DNA of 64,000 nucleotides from the NCBI GenBank assembly GCA_002068415.1, contig MVZM01000004.1, forward strand, positions 3,445 through 67,444, written 5' to 3'. Below, piece by piece: positions 25,998 to 36,033 of this stretch (its first letter is position 1; each line of letters begins with the position of its first letter). The notes below the pieces were generated by a model. The model searched no databases, had not been told where the DNA came from, and saw only the letters and a program-made list of their open reading frames with translations. The position numbers and the translations under genes were made by a program. The stretch comes from Tenericutes bacterium ADurb.BinA124. Its GTDB lineage: Bacteria; Bacillota_I; Bacilli_A; ML615J-28; CAG-698.

Positions 25998-26405
25998 CTA
26001 AAAAAAGATTAATCCAATTAAAAGGTAAACAGTTTTAAACAAAACGACGGCCATAGCCAAATAAGCCATCCATAAACCGACATTCCTTGTCGGTTCCAGT
26101 TTAACTTTGGTTGGTTTTTTCGCAAACCACATCGTCATGATAATGAAAACAACAACCAAAACAAAATACAAAACCACGAAACCGGGATGAAACAAAAACA
26201 AAATCATCAACAATAAAGAAGCTAGTCCAAATAAAAACGTCAAAATCGGAAAATCAATGAGTAAATTTTTGTCTTTTTCGCTAACTTCCGGATCGGCTTT
26301 TTGATTAAACAAAGCGGCGTATTTTTCATCTTCTTCAAAATCAAAGCCACATTCACAAACTTTGGTCTCATCACTCACTTCTTTGCCACAGCGTTTACAT
26401 TTCAT
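25998..26405 (-). CDS. Zinc-ribbon membrane protein (hypothetical)
   Basis: N-terminal CKRCG...CECG motif followed by several hydrophobic segments. Confidence 0.55.
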   Translation of the reverse strand: MKCKRCGKEVSDETKVCECGFDFEEDEKYAALFNQKADPEVSEKDKNLLIDFPILTFLFGLASLLLMILFLFHPGFVVLYFVLVVVFIIMTMWFAKKPTKVKLEPTRNVGLWMAYLAMAVVLFKTVYLLIGLIFF

Positions 26406-26863
26406 ATCCGTCCACGAACCTTATTGATTTTCTTGATTTCCGTCTTGATGGCTTCCTGACGCAAGTCTTCACGCTTGTCATAGTTCTTCTTTCCCTTACA
26501 AAGAGCTACTTCCACTTTCGCCAGTCCTTCACGTAAATAGACCGACAAAGGAATCAATGTTAAACCGTCCTGAGTTAATTTAGCCGCCAATTTGCGAATT
26601 TCGCTTTTGTGGGCCAAGAGTTTCCTCGTTCTTGTTTCCTGATGGTTAAAGATATTGCCCTTGTCATACGGAGCAATATGCATATTGATAATAATTAATT
26701 CCTGTTTTTCAATACGGCAATAAGCATCCGCAATGGCAACTTTGCCGGCCCGAATGGATTTTATTTCCGTGCCGGTAAGCACAATCCCGCATTCATACTT
26801 ATCCAGGATAAAGTAATCATGGGCGGCCTTTTTGTTGCGCGCGACGATTCGACTTTTTTCCAC
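26402..26863 (-). CDS. smpB: SsrA-binding protein SmpB
   Basis: IARNKKAAHDYFI...GTEIKS...YLREGLAKVEVALCKGKK pattern; next to ssrA. Confidence 0.95.
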   Translation of the reverse strand: MEKSRIVARNKKAAHDYFILDKYECGIVLTGTEIKSIRAGKVAIADAYCRIEKQELIIINMHIAPYDKGNIFNHQETRTRKLLAHKSEIRKLAAKLTQDGLTLIPLSVYLREGLAKVEVALCKGKKNYDKREDLRQEAIKTEIKKINKVRGRI

Positions 26864-28973
26864 TTGGCATCACCTTATGTTCATTATACACTATTTTGAA
26901 ATCAATTTCACGCTTTATTTTGCTGGCACCGATGACCTCAACCACAACTTCATCGCCTAAACGCAAGCGATGACCGCTGCTGCCAATTAAACTGACTGTT
27001 TCCGGATCATAGACATAGCGTCCCCGCAGATTCTTCATATGAACTAATCCTTCAATCGTATTGGGCAAACTGACAAAAACACCGAATTTGGTAACGGAAG
27101 AAATAATGCCGTTATAACGCTCACCAAGATAGTCTTCCATATATTCAGCTTTTTTCATATCGTTGACTTCATATTCACAATCAATAGCATCGCGTTCTCG
27201 TTTAGAAGATTGTTTGGCGATTTCCGCAATCTGTGAACTTAAAGCAAACAATTCAGCGGCTTTAACATCTTGGTCAAATAAATATTTTCTTAATAAGCGA
27301 TGTACCAATAAGTCGGGATAGCGCCTAATCGGGGCTGTAAAGTGCGTATAACAAGGACTTGCCAAGCCAAAGTGGCCGCTATTTTGTTCGGAATAAACGG
27401 CTTTGGCCATCGACCTTAATAAATAAGTTCGTAAAAACTGATCCTGCTCAGGCAAATTTTGTAAAAAAAGCTGGAGTTGTTTCGCATTGATTTGTTTTTT
27501 GAAAGCTTGATAACCAAGACTTCGGGACAGTTTTTTAAAAGCTTCAAGCTTTTGCACATTAGGTTTCTCATGAACCCGGTAAATAAAGGGTAAGTCGAGA
27601 TGATAAATCGTTGATGCCACCGTTTCATTGGCAATGAGCATGAATTCTTCGATGATGCGTTCACTTTGACCGCGACTTTCCAATTCTACTCTTAGGGGTT
27701 TTCCTTGGTCATCAACAATGATTTTTCCTTCTTCAATATTAAAATCCAGCGCCCCTCGTTTAACGCGCATTTTATTTAAAACCGTCGCCAGTTCCTTCAT
27801 TACCATAATATCAGCGGCAATATCCTGATAATTGCTTAATGTCTCTTTGTCATAATCAAGCATTAAATTGACATTGGTATAAGTCATCCGATGAACTGTT
27901 TTAATAACTGATGGAAACAAAGTTTGATTAACAACTTGACCTTGGTCGTTAATTTCCATTTCACAGGCTAAAACCAACTTCGACTGACCGGGGTTGAGGG
28001 AACAAAGATTGTTGCTTAAGAGGGGTGGTAACATCGGAATAACCCGATTGACTAAATAAACACTGGTGCCTCTAAATAAAGCCTCTTCATCCAAAGGAGA
28101 ATCCTTGGCAACAAAATAACTGACATCAGCGATATAAACGCCCAAAAGGAAATTCCCGTTGGCTAATTTCTTCACCGCTACGGCATCATCCAAATCTTTG
28201 GCATCTTCACCGTCAATCGTAATAATGCGTTCCAAACTAGGTAACGGCCGCTTAGCAATTTCCTTAGAAAAATCTTGGTTGATAGTCGTTAAATAAGCTT
28301 CTGTCGCTTTGGTAAATTCAAGAGAAAAATTAAAGTTGCTGGCAATTTGGATAATATCAATGCCGATATCATTTTTAAACCCGAGCCTTTCCACAATCCT
28401 TGCTTGTTTGGGGCTGCTTAGATAATCCGTAATGTGAACACGAACAATATCGCCTACTTGACAGAGGCTTAAAATCTCATTATCAACAATATTTAATCTT
28501 GCGATTTGCGGATGATTGACATAGATAAAAAACTGTTCCTTTTTCCATTTCAATTCACCGACGACATCGGTTAAATGGCGTTTGATAATCTTTAAAACCT
28601 TGGCTTCTTGGCGAAAATCTTGATGGGGAAATTTCCCATAATCTTTGATTTGAAACAAGACTTCATCACGATCAATGGCGTTTCCAAAATTGAAATGAGA
28701 GACATAAACATCATCAAGTCCTTCACTAATGATAAAACCAAAGTCTTCGTGTTTGATGCTGATGGTCCCTTTAAAAATCCCCACTTGCTGCGGTATTAAA
28801 AAACGATCCTTTTTCTTTGATAAAAACAAATCGTGATTTTCCACCATCTGCGCTAAAGTTAAATGCAGTTCTTCCCAATCATCAGGGCTTAATTTTAATT
28901 CTTCAAAAATTTCGCCCACCGTTAAGGGCTGATAATTTTCCTTGGTAAATAATTTTTCTAATAATTCTTTCAT
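26817..28973 (-). CDS. rnr: Ribonuclease R
   Basis: 718 aa with an RNB catalytic core (IDGEDAKDLDDAV...) and a C-terminal S1 domain (GIISSVTKFGVFVSL). The secG-rnr-smpB-ssrA order is conserved. Confidence 0.9.
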   Translation of the reverse strand: MKELLEKLFTKENYQPLTVGEIFEELKLSPDDWEELHLTLAQMVENHDLFLSKKKDRFLIPQQVGIFKGTISIKHEDFGFIISEGLDDVYVSHFNFGNAIDRDEVLFQIKDYGKFPHQDFRQEAKVLKIIKRHLTDVVGELKWKKEQFFIYVNHPQIARLNIVDNEILSLCQVGDIVRVHITDYLSSPKQARIVERLGFKNDIGIDIIQIASNFNFSLEFTKATEAYLTTINQDFSKEIAKRPLPSLERIITIDGEDAKDLDDAVAVKKLANGNFLLGVYIADVSYFVAKDSPLDEEALFRGTSVYLVNRVIPMLPPLLSNNLCSLNPGQSKLVLACEMEINDQGQVVNQTLFPSVIKTVHRMTYTNVNLMLDYDKETLSNYQDIAADIMVMKELATVLNKMRVKRGALDFNIEEGKIIVDDQGKPLRVELESRGQSERIIEEFMLIANETVASTIYHLDLPFIYRVHEKPNVQKLEAFKKLSRSLGYQAFKKQINAKQLQLFLQNLPEQDQFLRTYLLRSMAKAVYSEQNSGHFGLASPCYTHFTAPIRRYPDLLVHRLLRKYLFDQDVKAAELFALSSQIAEIAKQSSKRERDAIDCEYEVNDMKKAEYMEDYLGERYNGIISSVTKFGVFVSLPNTIEGLVHMKNLRGRYVYDPETVSLIGSSGHRLRLGDEVVVEVIGASKIKREIDFKIVYNEHKVMPSGKKSNRRAQQKGRP

Positions 28974-29028
28974 TCTTCCCTCATAAAATTGGCATTTAAA
29001 AAGACCTGTAACCAGGCCTATTTAATAA

Positions 29029-29265
29029 TTACGATAATCGATCTACAAAGAATGCCGAGATAATCGCTAAGACAAAAAAAGCAATCGACAGTCCGGCGGT
29101 AATATAGTTAATCCATAACTCAATTCCGCGGGCTTTTTTGTTAGCAAATAATTCGGATTTTTCGCCGGAAAACGCTTGGCTAGCATCTTCTTTTGAATCT
29201 TGTAAAACAATAATGGTAATTAATAAGCATGATACAATTAATAACAATATATCAACAGCGCTCAT
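29029..29265 (-). CDS. secG: Preprotein translocase subunit SecG
   Basis: 78 aa with two TM segments and the VLQDSKEDA...FSGE pattern; conserved position upstream of rnr. Confidence 0.75.
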   Translation of the reverse strand: MSAVDILLLIVSCLLITIIVLQDSKEDASQAFSGEKSELFANKKARGIELWINYITAGLSIAFFVLAIISAFFVDRLS

Positions 29266-29375
29266 AAGTCCTCCAATAACGATAAAGTATCCATCTTGAT
29301 ACCGTCTTAATTTTCACCAGTGGAATGATTATAACATAATTTAACTTAAATTGCAAACCATTTTACCTAAAATAT

Positions 29376-29408
29376 ACCAAAAAGCAAAGAGCAGCTATAA
29401 AGCTGCCC
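29376..29408 (-). terminator. Terminator-like hairpin after lon
   Basis: Minus strand reads GCAGCTttatAGCTGC followed by tctttgcttttt. Confidence 0.45.
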
Positions 29409-29409
29409 T

Positions 29410-31740
29410 TTAATCAAATAAAGCAATTTTCACTACATCATCGATGGTTTCTACCGGGATGATTTCTAAGGACTGACGCACGCCTTCAGGAATATCGTCC
29501 AAGTCACGAACATTTTCTTTCGGAATGATGATTTTCGCAAGCCCGCTGCGGTGGGCAGCAATCGCTTTTTCGCGAATCCCGCCAATTGGCAAAATGCGAC
29601 CCCGCAAAGTAATCTCCCCCGTCATGCCGACTTCATTATGAACATAGCGGTGGGCTAATGCGGAAATAATGCCGGTAGCAATGGTTACACCTGCCGACGG
29701 ACCGTCTTTAGGAACGGCGCCTTCCGGAACATGGATATGAATATCATTTTTATCAAATAAGCTCGGGTCAATGGCAAATTTTTGGTAGTTGCTCTTGACA
29801 TAACTTAAAGCGGCTTGGGCTGATTCCTTCATGACCTCACCCAGTTTACCGGTTAACATCAAGCGACCTTCCCCTTTATAATAGGTAACTTCCACAGGGA
29901 GGGTATCACCGCCAAATTGAGTATAAGCTAAACCGGTCACAATCCCAATCTGGTTGGCTTGGTCAATTTTATTGTAATCATATTTGGGTTTACCAAGCCA
30001 GGTGCTTAAATTATCTTTAGTGATGGTTACCTTATCAACTTTTTCAATTAAAATGGTTTTAATGGCCCGCCTAATTAAAGTGCCGATATTTCGTTCCAGT
30101 TCTCGAACGCCGGCTTCTTTTGTGTATAAACGGATAACATCCCAAAGGGCTTCATCCTGCAGTTCAAAATCAATCCGGCTTAAACCGTGATTGAGTAATT
30201 GTTTTTCCAATAAATGGCGTTTCGCAATCTCAAACTTTTCAAATTCGGTATAACTGCTTAAGGTCACAATTTCTAAACGATCCCTTAAAGCTGCCGGAAT
30301 ATTATCTAAATAATTGGCAGTAGCAATAAAGAAGACGCGCGATAAATCATAGGGTTCTTCTAAATAATGGTCACTGAAATATTTGTTTTGTTCGCTGTCC
30401 AAAACTTCCAACAAGGCGGAAGCAGGGTCACCCCGATAATCACTCGAAAGTTTATCGATTTCATCGAGCAAGAAAACGGGATTGATGACTCCGGCACGTT
30501 TCATTCCTTGTAAGATTCGTCCCGGGAGAGCGCCTAAATAAGTCCGGCGATGACCGCGGATTTCCGATTCATCCTTGATGCCGCCCAAAGATTGCTTCAC
30601 AAAGTGTTTATTTAAGCTGGTGGCAATGGAGCGGGCTAAGGATGTTTTACCAACACCCGGAGGTCCCACTAAGCAAAGAATCGCTTGCGGGTTCTTTTGC
30701 GTCATAATGCGGACCGCCAAATATTCTAAAATCCGTTCCTTCACCACATCTAAACCGTAATGATCGCTATCCAATTGCTCCTTAGCTTTTTTGATATCGT
30801 TGGTATCTTTGCTTTCTTTGCTCCAAGGAAGAGCAATCAAAAAGTCTAAATAGGTGCGGACAATTCCGCTTTCACCGGAAGTATTATTCAAGCTGCTGTA
30901 ACGCTGTAATTCTTTTAAGGCTTTTTCTTCAACGCTCGGTGGCATTTTAGCATCCAAGATTTTTTGTTTTAATTCATCGACATCCGTTTCTTTGCGGACT
31001 TTATCACCCAGTTCATCCTGAATGACTTTCATTTTTTCGCGTAAATAATATTCTTTTTGGCTTTCGCTGATGGATTTTTTAACTTGATTTTCAATATCCA
31101 ATTCGAGGTTACGGATGTACTTTTCCCGTTTGATGTCTTCTAACATAAAACGTAAACGTTCGCCGACATGCGGGGTATTTAAATATTTCAATTTAGTGTT
31201 GATATCAAAGGGCAAATTGTAAGCTAAAACATCGGTCAATTTGTCCGCCGTTACGCCCTTCGCAACGATATTGGCCAATTCGGAATTGCCATCAAAAATT
31301 TTGGCGGCATCAGCCTGCAATTCTTCAATCAACAAACGGACATAAGCCAATTCTTTATCCAAGTCATCATTGATGGCCGGAACCGTAATTAAGTTGGCCG
31401 TCCAATAAGGATCAGTTTCCGTAATGTCCACGATTTGACAGCGGACAATCCCCAGCATTTTAACTTTATGGACATTTTGGCTATCCATATCATAAATGAT
31501 TTTCGCAATAATCCCGGTTTTATGAAGATTTTTAATATTGGGAACTTCCTGACTATGGTCAATCTGCACAAACAAAGCAATAAATTTTTTGCTTTCAGCC
31601 GCCGCTTTTAAAGCTAAAATGCTCTCTTTACGAGCCACATCAAGGCGGATTTCGTTGTTGGGAAGCGGCACTTTGCCTCTAATGGCCATCACGGGAAGGT
31701 TTGCGGAAACAACAGTTTGGTTGGAAAACATCGGGTTCAC
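29410..31740 (-). CDS. lon: ATP-dependent Lon protease
   Basis: Walker A GPPGVGKTS and protease Ser motif PKDGPSAG; 776 aa. Confidence 0.95.
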   Translation of the reverse strand: MNPMFSNQTVVSANLPVMAIRGKVPLPNNEIRLDVARKESILALKAAAESKKFIALFVQIDHSQEVPNIKNLHKTGIIAKIIYDMDSQNVHKVKMLGIVRCQIVDITETDPYWTANLITVPAINDDLDKELAYVRLLIEELQADAAKIFDGNSELANIVAKGVTADKLTDVLAYNLPFDINTKLKYLNTPHVGERLRFMLEDIKREKYIRNLELDIENQVKKSISESQKEYYLREKMKVIQDELGDKVRKETDVDELKQKILDAKMPPSVEEKALKELQRYSSLNNTSGESGIVRTYLDFLIALPWSKESKDTNDIKKAKEQLDSDHYGLDVVKERILEYLAVRIMTQKNPQAILCLVGPPGVGKTSLARSIATSLNKHFVKQSLGGIKDESEIRGHRRTYLGALPGRILQGMKRAGVINPVFLLDEIDKLSSDYRGDPASALLEVLDSEQNKYFSDHYLEEPYDLSRVFFIATANYLDNIPAALRDRLEIVTLSSYTEFEKFEIAKRHLLEKQLLNHGLSRIDFELQDEALWDVIRLYTKEAGVRELERNIGTLIRRAIKTILIEKVDKVTITKDNLSTWLGKPKYDYNKIDQANQIGIVTGLAYTQFGGDTLPVEVTYYKGEGRLMLTGKLGEVMKESAQAALSYVKSNYQKFAIDPSLFDKNDIHIHVPEGAVPKDGPSAGVTIATGIISALAHRYVHNEVGMTGEITLRGRILPIGGIREKAIAAHRSGLAKIIIPKENVRDLDDIPEGVRQSLEIIPVETIDDVVKIALFD

Positions 31741-31745
31741 CTCCT

Positions 31746-32876
31746 TTACTTCGGTAATTCGACAATTCCTTTATCAAGACAATATTGAAAAACCTTAGCT
31801 TCCAATAAATGTCTTTCTAAATATTCTGGATAATCTTCAAAGCTTTTAGACCCAAAAAAGAGGGTTTTATCAAACTCGTATTCTTCTTGAATTTTTTTAA
31901 TTAACTTTTGAACATCGACACGATAATTTAAATCCATCAAGGAAAGTAAATATTCTTTAATAACATATTTATTTAATCCTTGAAGAAAAACCTCCCGTTC
32001 TTTGGGCTTGGTCGGTATTTTACTACTATCATAAAAATGATTAATCACAAATTCATCGGGAACAAACACTTGGGTTTGCCAAATAAATTCCACCAAATAA
32101 TCGACCACCACCATTACGATAGTGGAATAACGGTAGATTTCCGTGACTTTATCCGTTAATTCCGCAACCGTTTTGGTATTCAAAAAACGGCATTGAGCAA
32201 CTAATTTATCGCTTAAGGGGGGATATCTTTTTTCAGTAATCCCCGTTATTTTGGCTTTCACAAGCACCCCGTCATCGTTATCCAAAACCACTTCCTCACC
32301 AATCGCTTTGTTTAGGAATAAGCGGAATTGTTTTTGGTTAACAGTTGTGAAACTGATGCTGCGGTTTTCTAAATGGTTGATTAAGAAATCATCCTGCATA
32401 TAGCGTAAATCATAGCTTACTAAACTACGGTCAGTGACTTTTTTCTGGGGTTCATCATAATCAAAATGGTTAGCGGTCAACAATTGCTTGACAAAATCTT
32501 CAAAAATCATTTGGTCAAGTTCAACATGTAGTAACTCAGTGGGAATTTTGGGTGGAAAATGGATTTCAGTCCCCGGCGGTAAAACACAGAACTGACAAAT
32601 GACAACCAGCCCTTGATCAGGTGAAGTCTCGCAAAGATAGCGGAATTGTTTCCAACTGACGGCGATAACATCAAGGTTAGCAATTTCTTCATCCATCAGC
32701 CCTTCCAAGTGTTCCACCACCATTTCATCCAATTGCTTTTGGGCCTTTTTACTTTTCGGTTTCTCAAGCGAATACATATCCCGCACCAACCGATAAGCAT
32801 TTTGCATCTCGGCGGGCGAAAAGGTAAAGTAAACTTGATGATAGGCGGGGCTAATAATATCGTGTTTTATTTTCAT
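31746..32876 (-). CDS. Hypothetical protein, possibly a divergent trigger-factor paralog
   Basis: 376 aa. The segment VKAKITGITEKRYPPLSDKLVAQCRFLNTKTVAELTDK resembles Tig FKVKLHEIKKRVLPELTDEFVVSLNIEPKTVNDY. It lacks the GFRxGxxP ribosome-binding signature. Confidence 0.4.
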   Translation of the reverse strand: MKIKHDIISPAYHQVYFTFSPAEMQNAYRLVRDMYSLEKPKSKKAQKQLDEMVVEHLEGLMDEEIANLDVIAVSWKQFRYLCETSPDQGLVVICQFCVLPPGTEIHFPPKIPTELLHVELDQMIFEDFVKQLLTANHFDYDEPQKKVTDRSLVSYDLRYMQDDFLINHLENRSISFTTVNQKQFRLFLNKAIGEEVVLDNDDGVLVKAKITGITEKRYPPLSDKLVAQCRFLNTKTVAELTDKVTEIYRYSTIVMVVVDYLVEFIWQTQVFVPDEFVINHFYDSSKIPTKPKEREVFLQGLNKYVIKEYLLSLMDLNYRVDVQKLIKKIQEEYEFDKTLFFGSKSFEDYPEYLERHLLEAKVFQYCLDKGIVELPK

Positions 32877-32886
32877 TAATCTCTCT

Positions 32887-34137
32887 CTATGCTAACTTGG
32901 ATTGCTTTTTGACGAATTTCGCATCGCCACCGGAAACAATAAATTCTTTGGTAATAATACAATGAGTTAAATCTTTTTCCTCAGGAATTTTATACATAAT
33001 ATCCAACATGATGTTTTCAATGATGGCTCTTAGTCCTCTGGCTCCGGTTTTTTGTTTGTGGGCACGGCGGGCGATTTCCCACAGTGCTCCGTCTTCAAAT
33101 TCGAGGCTAACACCGTCCATCTTTAACATCTTTTGATATTGTTTAATGATGGCATTCTTCGGTTCTTTTAAAATCTTGATTAAATCTTCAACTTCTAAAA
33201 TATCCAAATAAGCAATAATCGGTAAGCGACCAACTAATTCCGGAATAATCCCATATTTTTGGATGTCTTCGGAAGTAACATCGCGATACATATCTTTATC
33301 AACTTTCGGAGTGACGGAAGCCGAATTAAAGCCGATGGCTTTTTTCCCAAGCCGGGATTTTACAATCTCGGTAATACCTTCAAACGAGCCTCCGCAAATA
33401 AACAAGACATTGGTGGTATCAAAGGGGATGAATTCTTGGTGCGGATGTTTGCGACCACCTCCGGGTGGAACATTGGCAACCGTACCTTCTAAAATCTTTA
33501 ATAAGGCCTGTTGAACCCCTTCACCGGAAACATCCCGGGTGATGGAGGGGCTATCGGATTTACGACCGATTTTATCGAGTTCATCGATATAAATGATCCC
33601 ACGTTGGGCTAAATCTAAATCATAGTCCGCCGCTTGCAACAAACGCAAAAGTACATTCTCAACATCTTCACCGACATAACCGGCTTGAGTTAGGGTTGTA
33701 GCGTCGGCAATCGCAAAGGGAACATTTAAAATTTTGGCTAAAGTTCTAGCAAAGAGCGTTTTCCCGCTTCCGGTTGCTCCCAGCAATAAGATATTACTCT
33801 TATCAATGTCAATTTCGCTTTTTTCAAACAAATTATTTTGTACTCGTTTATAGTGATTGTAAACGGCCACGGACAGCACTTTTTTCGCATATTGTTGACC
33901 GATAACATATTCGCTTAAGCGTTCATAAATTTCCCGAGGAGTCAAATTTAAAGCAAAATCGGTGGTTTTGGGGGCCGATTTTTCTTCTTCATCAAGGCTC
34001 AAATTAAACATTTGATGGCATACACCAACACAAACATCGCAAATAAAAGCATTGTCACCTTCAATTAAGTGCCGTTCCGGACTCTCCGGCAACCCGCAGA
34101 ATGAACAAAGACGGGCTTTTTTGGTTTCTTGGGCCAT
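32887..34137 (-). CDS. clpX: ATP-dependent Clp protease ATP-binding subunit ClpX
   Basis: N-terminal C4 zinc finger (CSFCG...CDVC), Walker [17 protein letters not shown]. Confidence 0.95.
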   Translation of the reverse strand: MAQETKKARLCSFCGLPESPERHLIEGDNAFICDVCVGVCHQMFNLSLDEEEKSAPKTTDFALNLTPREIYERLSEYVIGQQYAKKVLSVAVYNHYKRVQNNLFEKSEIDIDKSNILLLGATGSGKTLFARTLAKILNVPFAIADATTLTQAGYVGEDVENVLLRLLQAADYDLDLAQRGIIYIDELDKIGRKSDSPSITRDVSGEGVQQALLKILEGTVANVPPGGGRKHPHQEFIPFDTTNVLFICGGSFEGITEIVKSRLGKKAIGFNSASVTPKVDKDMYRDVTSEDIQKYGIIPELVGRLPIIAYLDILEVEDLIKILKEPKNAIIKQYQKMLKMDGVSLEFEDGALWEIARRAHKQKTGARGLRAIIENIMLDIMYKIPEEKDLTHCIITKEFIVSGGDAKFVKKQSKLA

Positions 34138-34155
34138 GCTTACACCTCAATTCAT

Positions 34156-35442
34156 TTATTTAATGATGGCTGTTTTCTTCATTTCTTCAATCGTTTTTAA
34201 CATTAAGAAATGGTAAGCAACCTGATTCTTCGGATATTGTTTTTTAACGGCTTCCACATCCTGATTGGACATTTTCGCAAATTCTTGATAATGATATTCG
34301 TAATCCTCATCACTTAGGCTCAACTGTTCTTGTTCAATAATCTTATTAATAACTAATTCTTTGAGGACATCAAAACGCGCCGGAGCTTTAATCATTTCCT
34401 GATATTGTTCTTTGGTCATACCTTGGTATTTCAGCAGTTGTTCAAAGGTAAGCCCATAAGCTTTGGCTCGGTCTTCTTCTTGTTTCAGCATGCTGTCAAC
34501 CCGACGATTTACTAACACATCCGGCACATTGACTTTAGCATCATCGCAGACTTTTTTCAACAAATCATGTTCAAACTTGTTATCGGAAGCTTCAGTTTTT
34601 TCCGTTTTGATTTTGTCGCTTTGATAAGTGCGATAATCATTAACGGTTTTGGGCTCAATGTTTAAGGAAACAACAAATTCATCGGTCAACTCCGGTAAAA
34701 CGCGTTTTTTAATTTCGTGCAGTTTAACTTTAAAAACGGCTTCCTTGCCCTTTAAGTTTTCCGCTTGATAATCATCCGGGAATTTAACCTTTAAATCGCG
34801 TTCTTCTTCTTGTTTCATGCCCACCATTTGCTCTTCAAAACCGGGAATGAATTGGCCGGAACCAATTTCCAAAGAATAATTTTTGGCCGTTCCGCCCTCA
34901 AACAAAACGCCGTCAACACGACCTTCAAAATCGAAAACCGCCGTATGACCAAGTTCTAAACTACCTTCTTCCACCAGTTCCAAATCCGATTTACTCCTTA
35001 AATCGCGATTGATGGCGGCTTCAACTTCACTTTCCTCGACCTCAGTACTGTCTTTTTTTACTTCCACTCCAAAGTATTTCCCTAAGACCACTTCCGGATA
35101 AACGAGGACTTCAGCTTTGTATTTCAAGGTTTTCTTTTTATCGAATAATTCAAAGTCGATATCGATTTTCGGTTCGTCGATGACCTGTACTTTGTTGTCT
35201 TCAACCGCTTGATAATAAGAAGCTGTTAAGGCACTGTCCAAAGCATTTTGGTAAACTTGGGCTTCACCAAAGCGTTTTAAATAAATTTCGCGGGGAACTT
35301 TTCCTTTTCGAAAACCTTTAAGTTCAGCTTTGGCCATTAATTTTTTTAATTCTTCTTCATAGTAAAAGGCGAATTCTTTTTTAGTCAATTCAACCGTTAA
35401 GAGGACTTTATCCTCGGGGCTTCTTTCAATATTAACATTCAT
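34156..35442 (-). CDS. tig: Trigger factor
   Basis: GFRKGKVP ribosome-binding signature, an FKBP-like middle domain, and tig-clpX synteny. Confidence 0.9.
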   Translation of the reverse strand: MNVNIERSPEDKVLLTVELTKKEFAFYYEEELKKLMAKAELKGFRKGKVPREIYLKRFGEAQVYQNALDSALTASYYQAVEDNKVQVIDEPKIDIDFELFDKKKTLKYKAEVLVYPEVVLGKYFGVEVKKDSTEVEESEVEAAINRDLRSKSDLELVEEGSLELGHTAVFDFEGRVDGVLFEGGTAKNYSLEIGSGQFIPGFEEQMVGMKQEEERDLKVKFPDDYQAENLKGKEAVFKVKLHEIKKRVLPELTDEFVVSLNIEPKTVNDYRTYQSDKIKTEKTEASDNKFEHDLLKKVCDDAKVNVPDVLVNRRVDSMLKQEEDRAKAYGLTFEQLLKYQGMTKEQYQEMIKAPARFDVLKELVINKIIEQEQLSLSDEDYEYHYQEFAKMSNQDVEAVKKQYPKNQVAYHFLMLKTIEEMKKTAIIK

Positions 35443-35456
35443 TATTTATTTCTCCT

Positions 35457-36032
35457 CTATTTTTCTTCAAATGGAAAGACGATGGATGCCACCTTTTGCA
35501 GTTCATCCATCATTTCTTTTGGATATCCCAGCTCATAAAGCGTATTCAACAAATCAAACCACCGCACAAGCAAGAGAGCTTCATCTTGACAATTATCGTA
35601 ACTAAACTCCCGCCCTAAACTTTCCCAGTAAAGCATTACTAAAATGGCTAAGCGCTCATAAAGATCAGCATCGGGTAAGTTTAACAATTGAGCGTAGTTG
35701 GCATTTTCCGGATTGTGAAAAGCGGAATATTCTTTTTGTTGCAACAAACGGCTTTTTTTAATCAAAGCTAAAGCACCATAAAGGTCCTTTTGACCTAAAT
35801 AAGACAAAAGCAGATAATAAAGTATCGCCATGCTTTCATAATTTTGGGCCAACAATTGTTGACCAAAAAACAAGTTATGGGAAAACTCCTTTAAAACAAA
35901 ACCGGCCATCAAAATTGCTTCCATAAGTTTATGGTCCAAGCCGGCCGCTAAGGCTTCATGGCGTAAGTTAAACAAAGCCGAAAATTGCTTAGTATTCTTT
36001 AAAAAGGTGATTCTTGCTGCTAGTTGATTCAT
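35457..36032 (-). CDS. Hypothetical helical protein (191 aa)
   Basis: ORF tightly packed between pepF and tig; no motif recognised. Confidence 0.5.
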   Translation of the reverse strand: MNQLAARITFLKNTKQFSALFNLRHEALAAGLDHKLMEAILMAGFVLKEFSHNLFFGQQLLAQNYESMAILYYLLLSYLGQKDLYGALALIKKSRLLQQKEYSAFHNPENANYAQLLNLPDADLYERLAILVMLYWESLGREFSYDNCQDEALLLVRWFDLLNTLYELGYPKEMMDELQKVASIVFPFEEK

Positions 36033-36033
36033 A

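Noticed and set aside
26817-26863. 47-nt overlap between the rnr 3' end and the smpB 5' end, considered as a possible frameshift or pseudogene sign.
   Set aside because: Both proteins are full length with intact terminal motifs (the SmpB N-terminus IARNKKAAHDY and the RNase R basic tail). This is simply overlapping genes.
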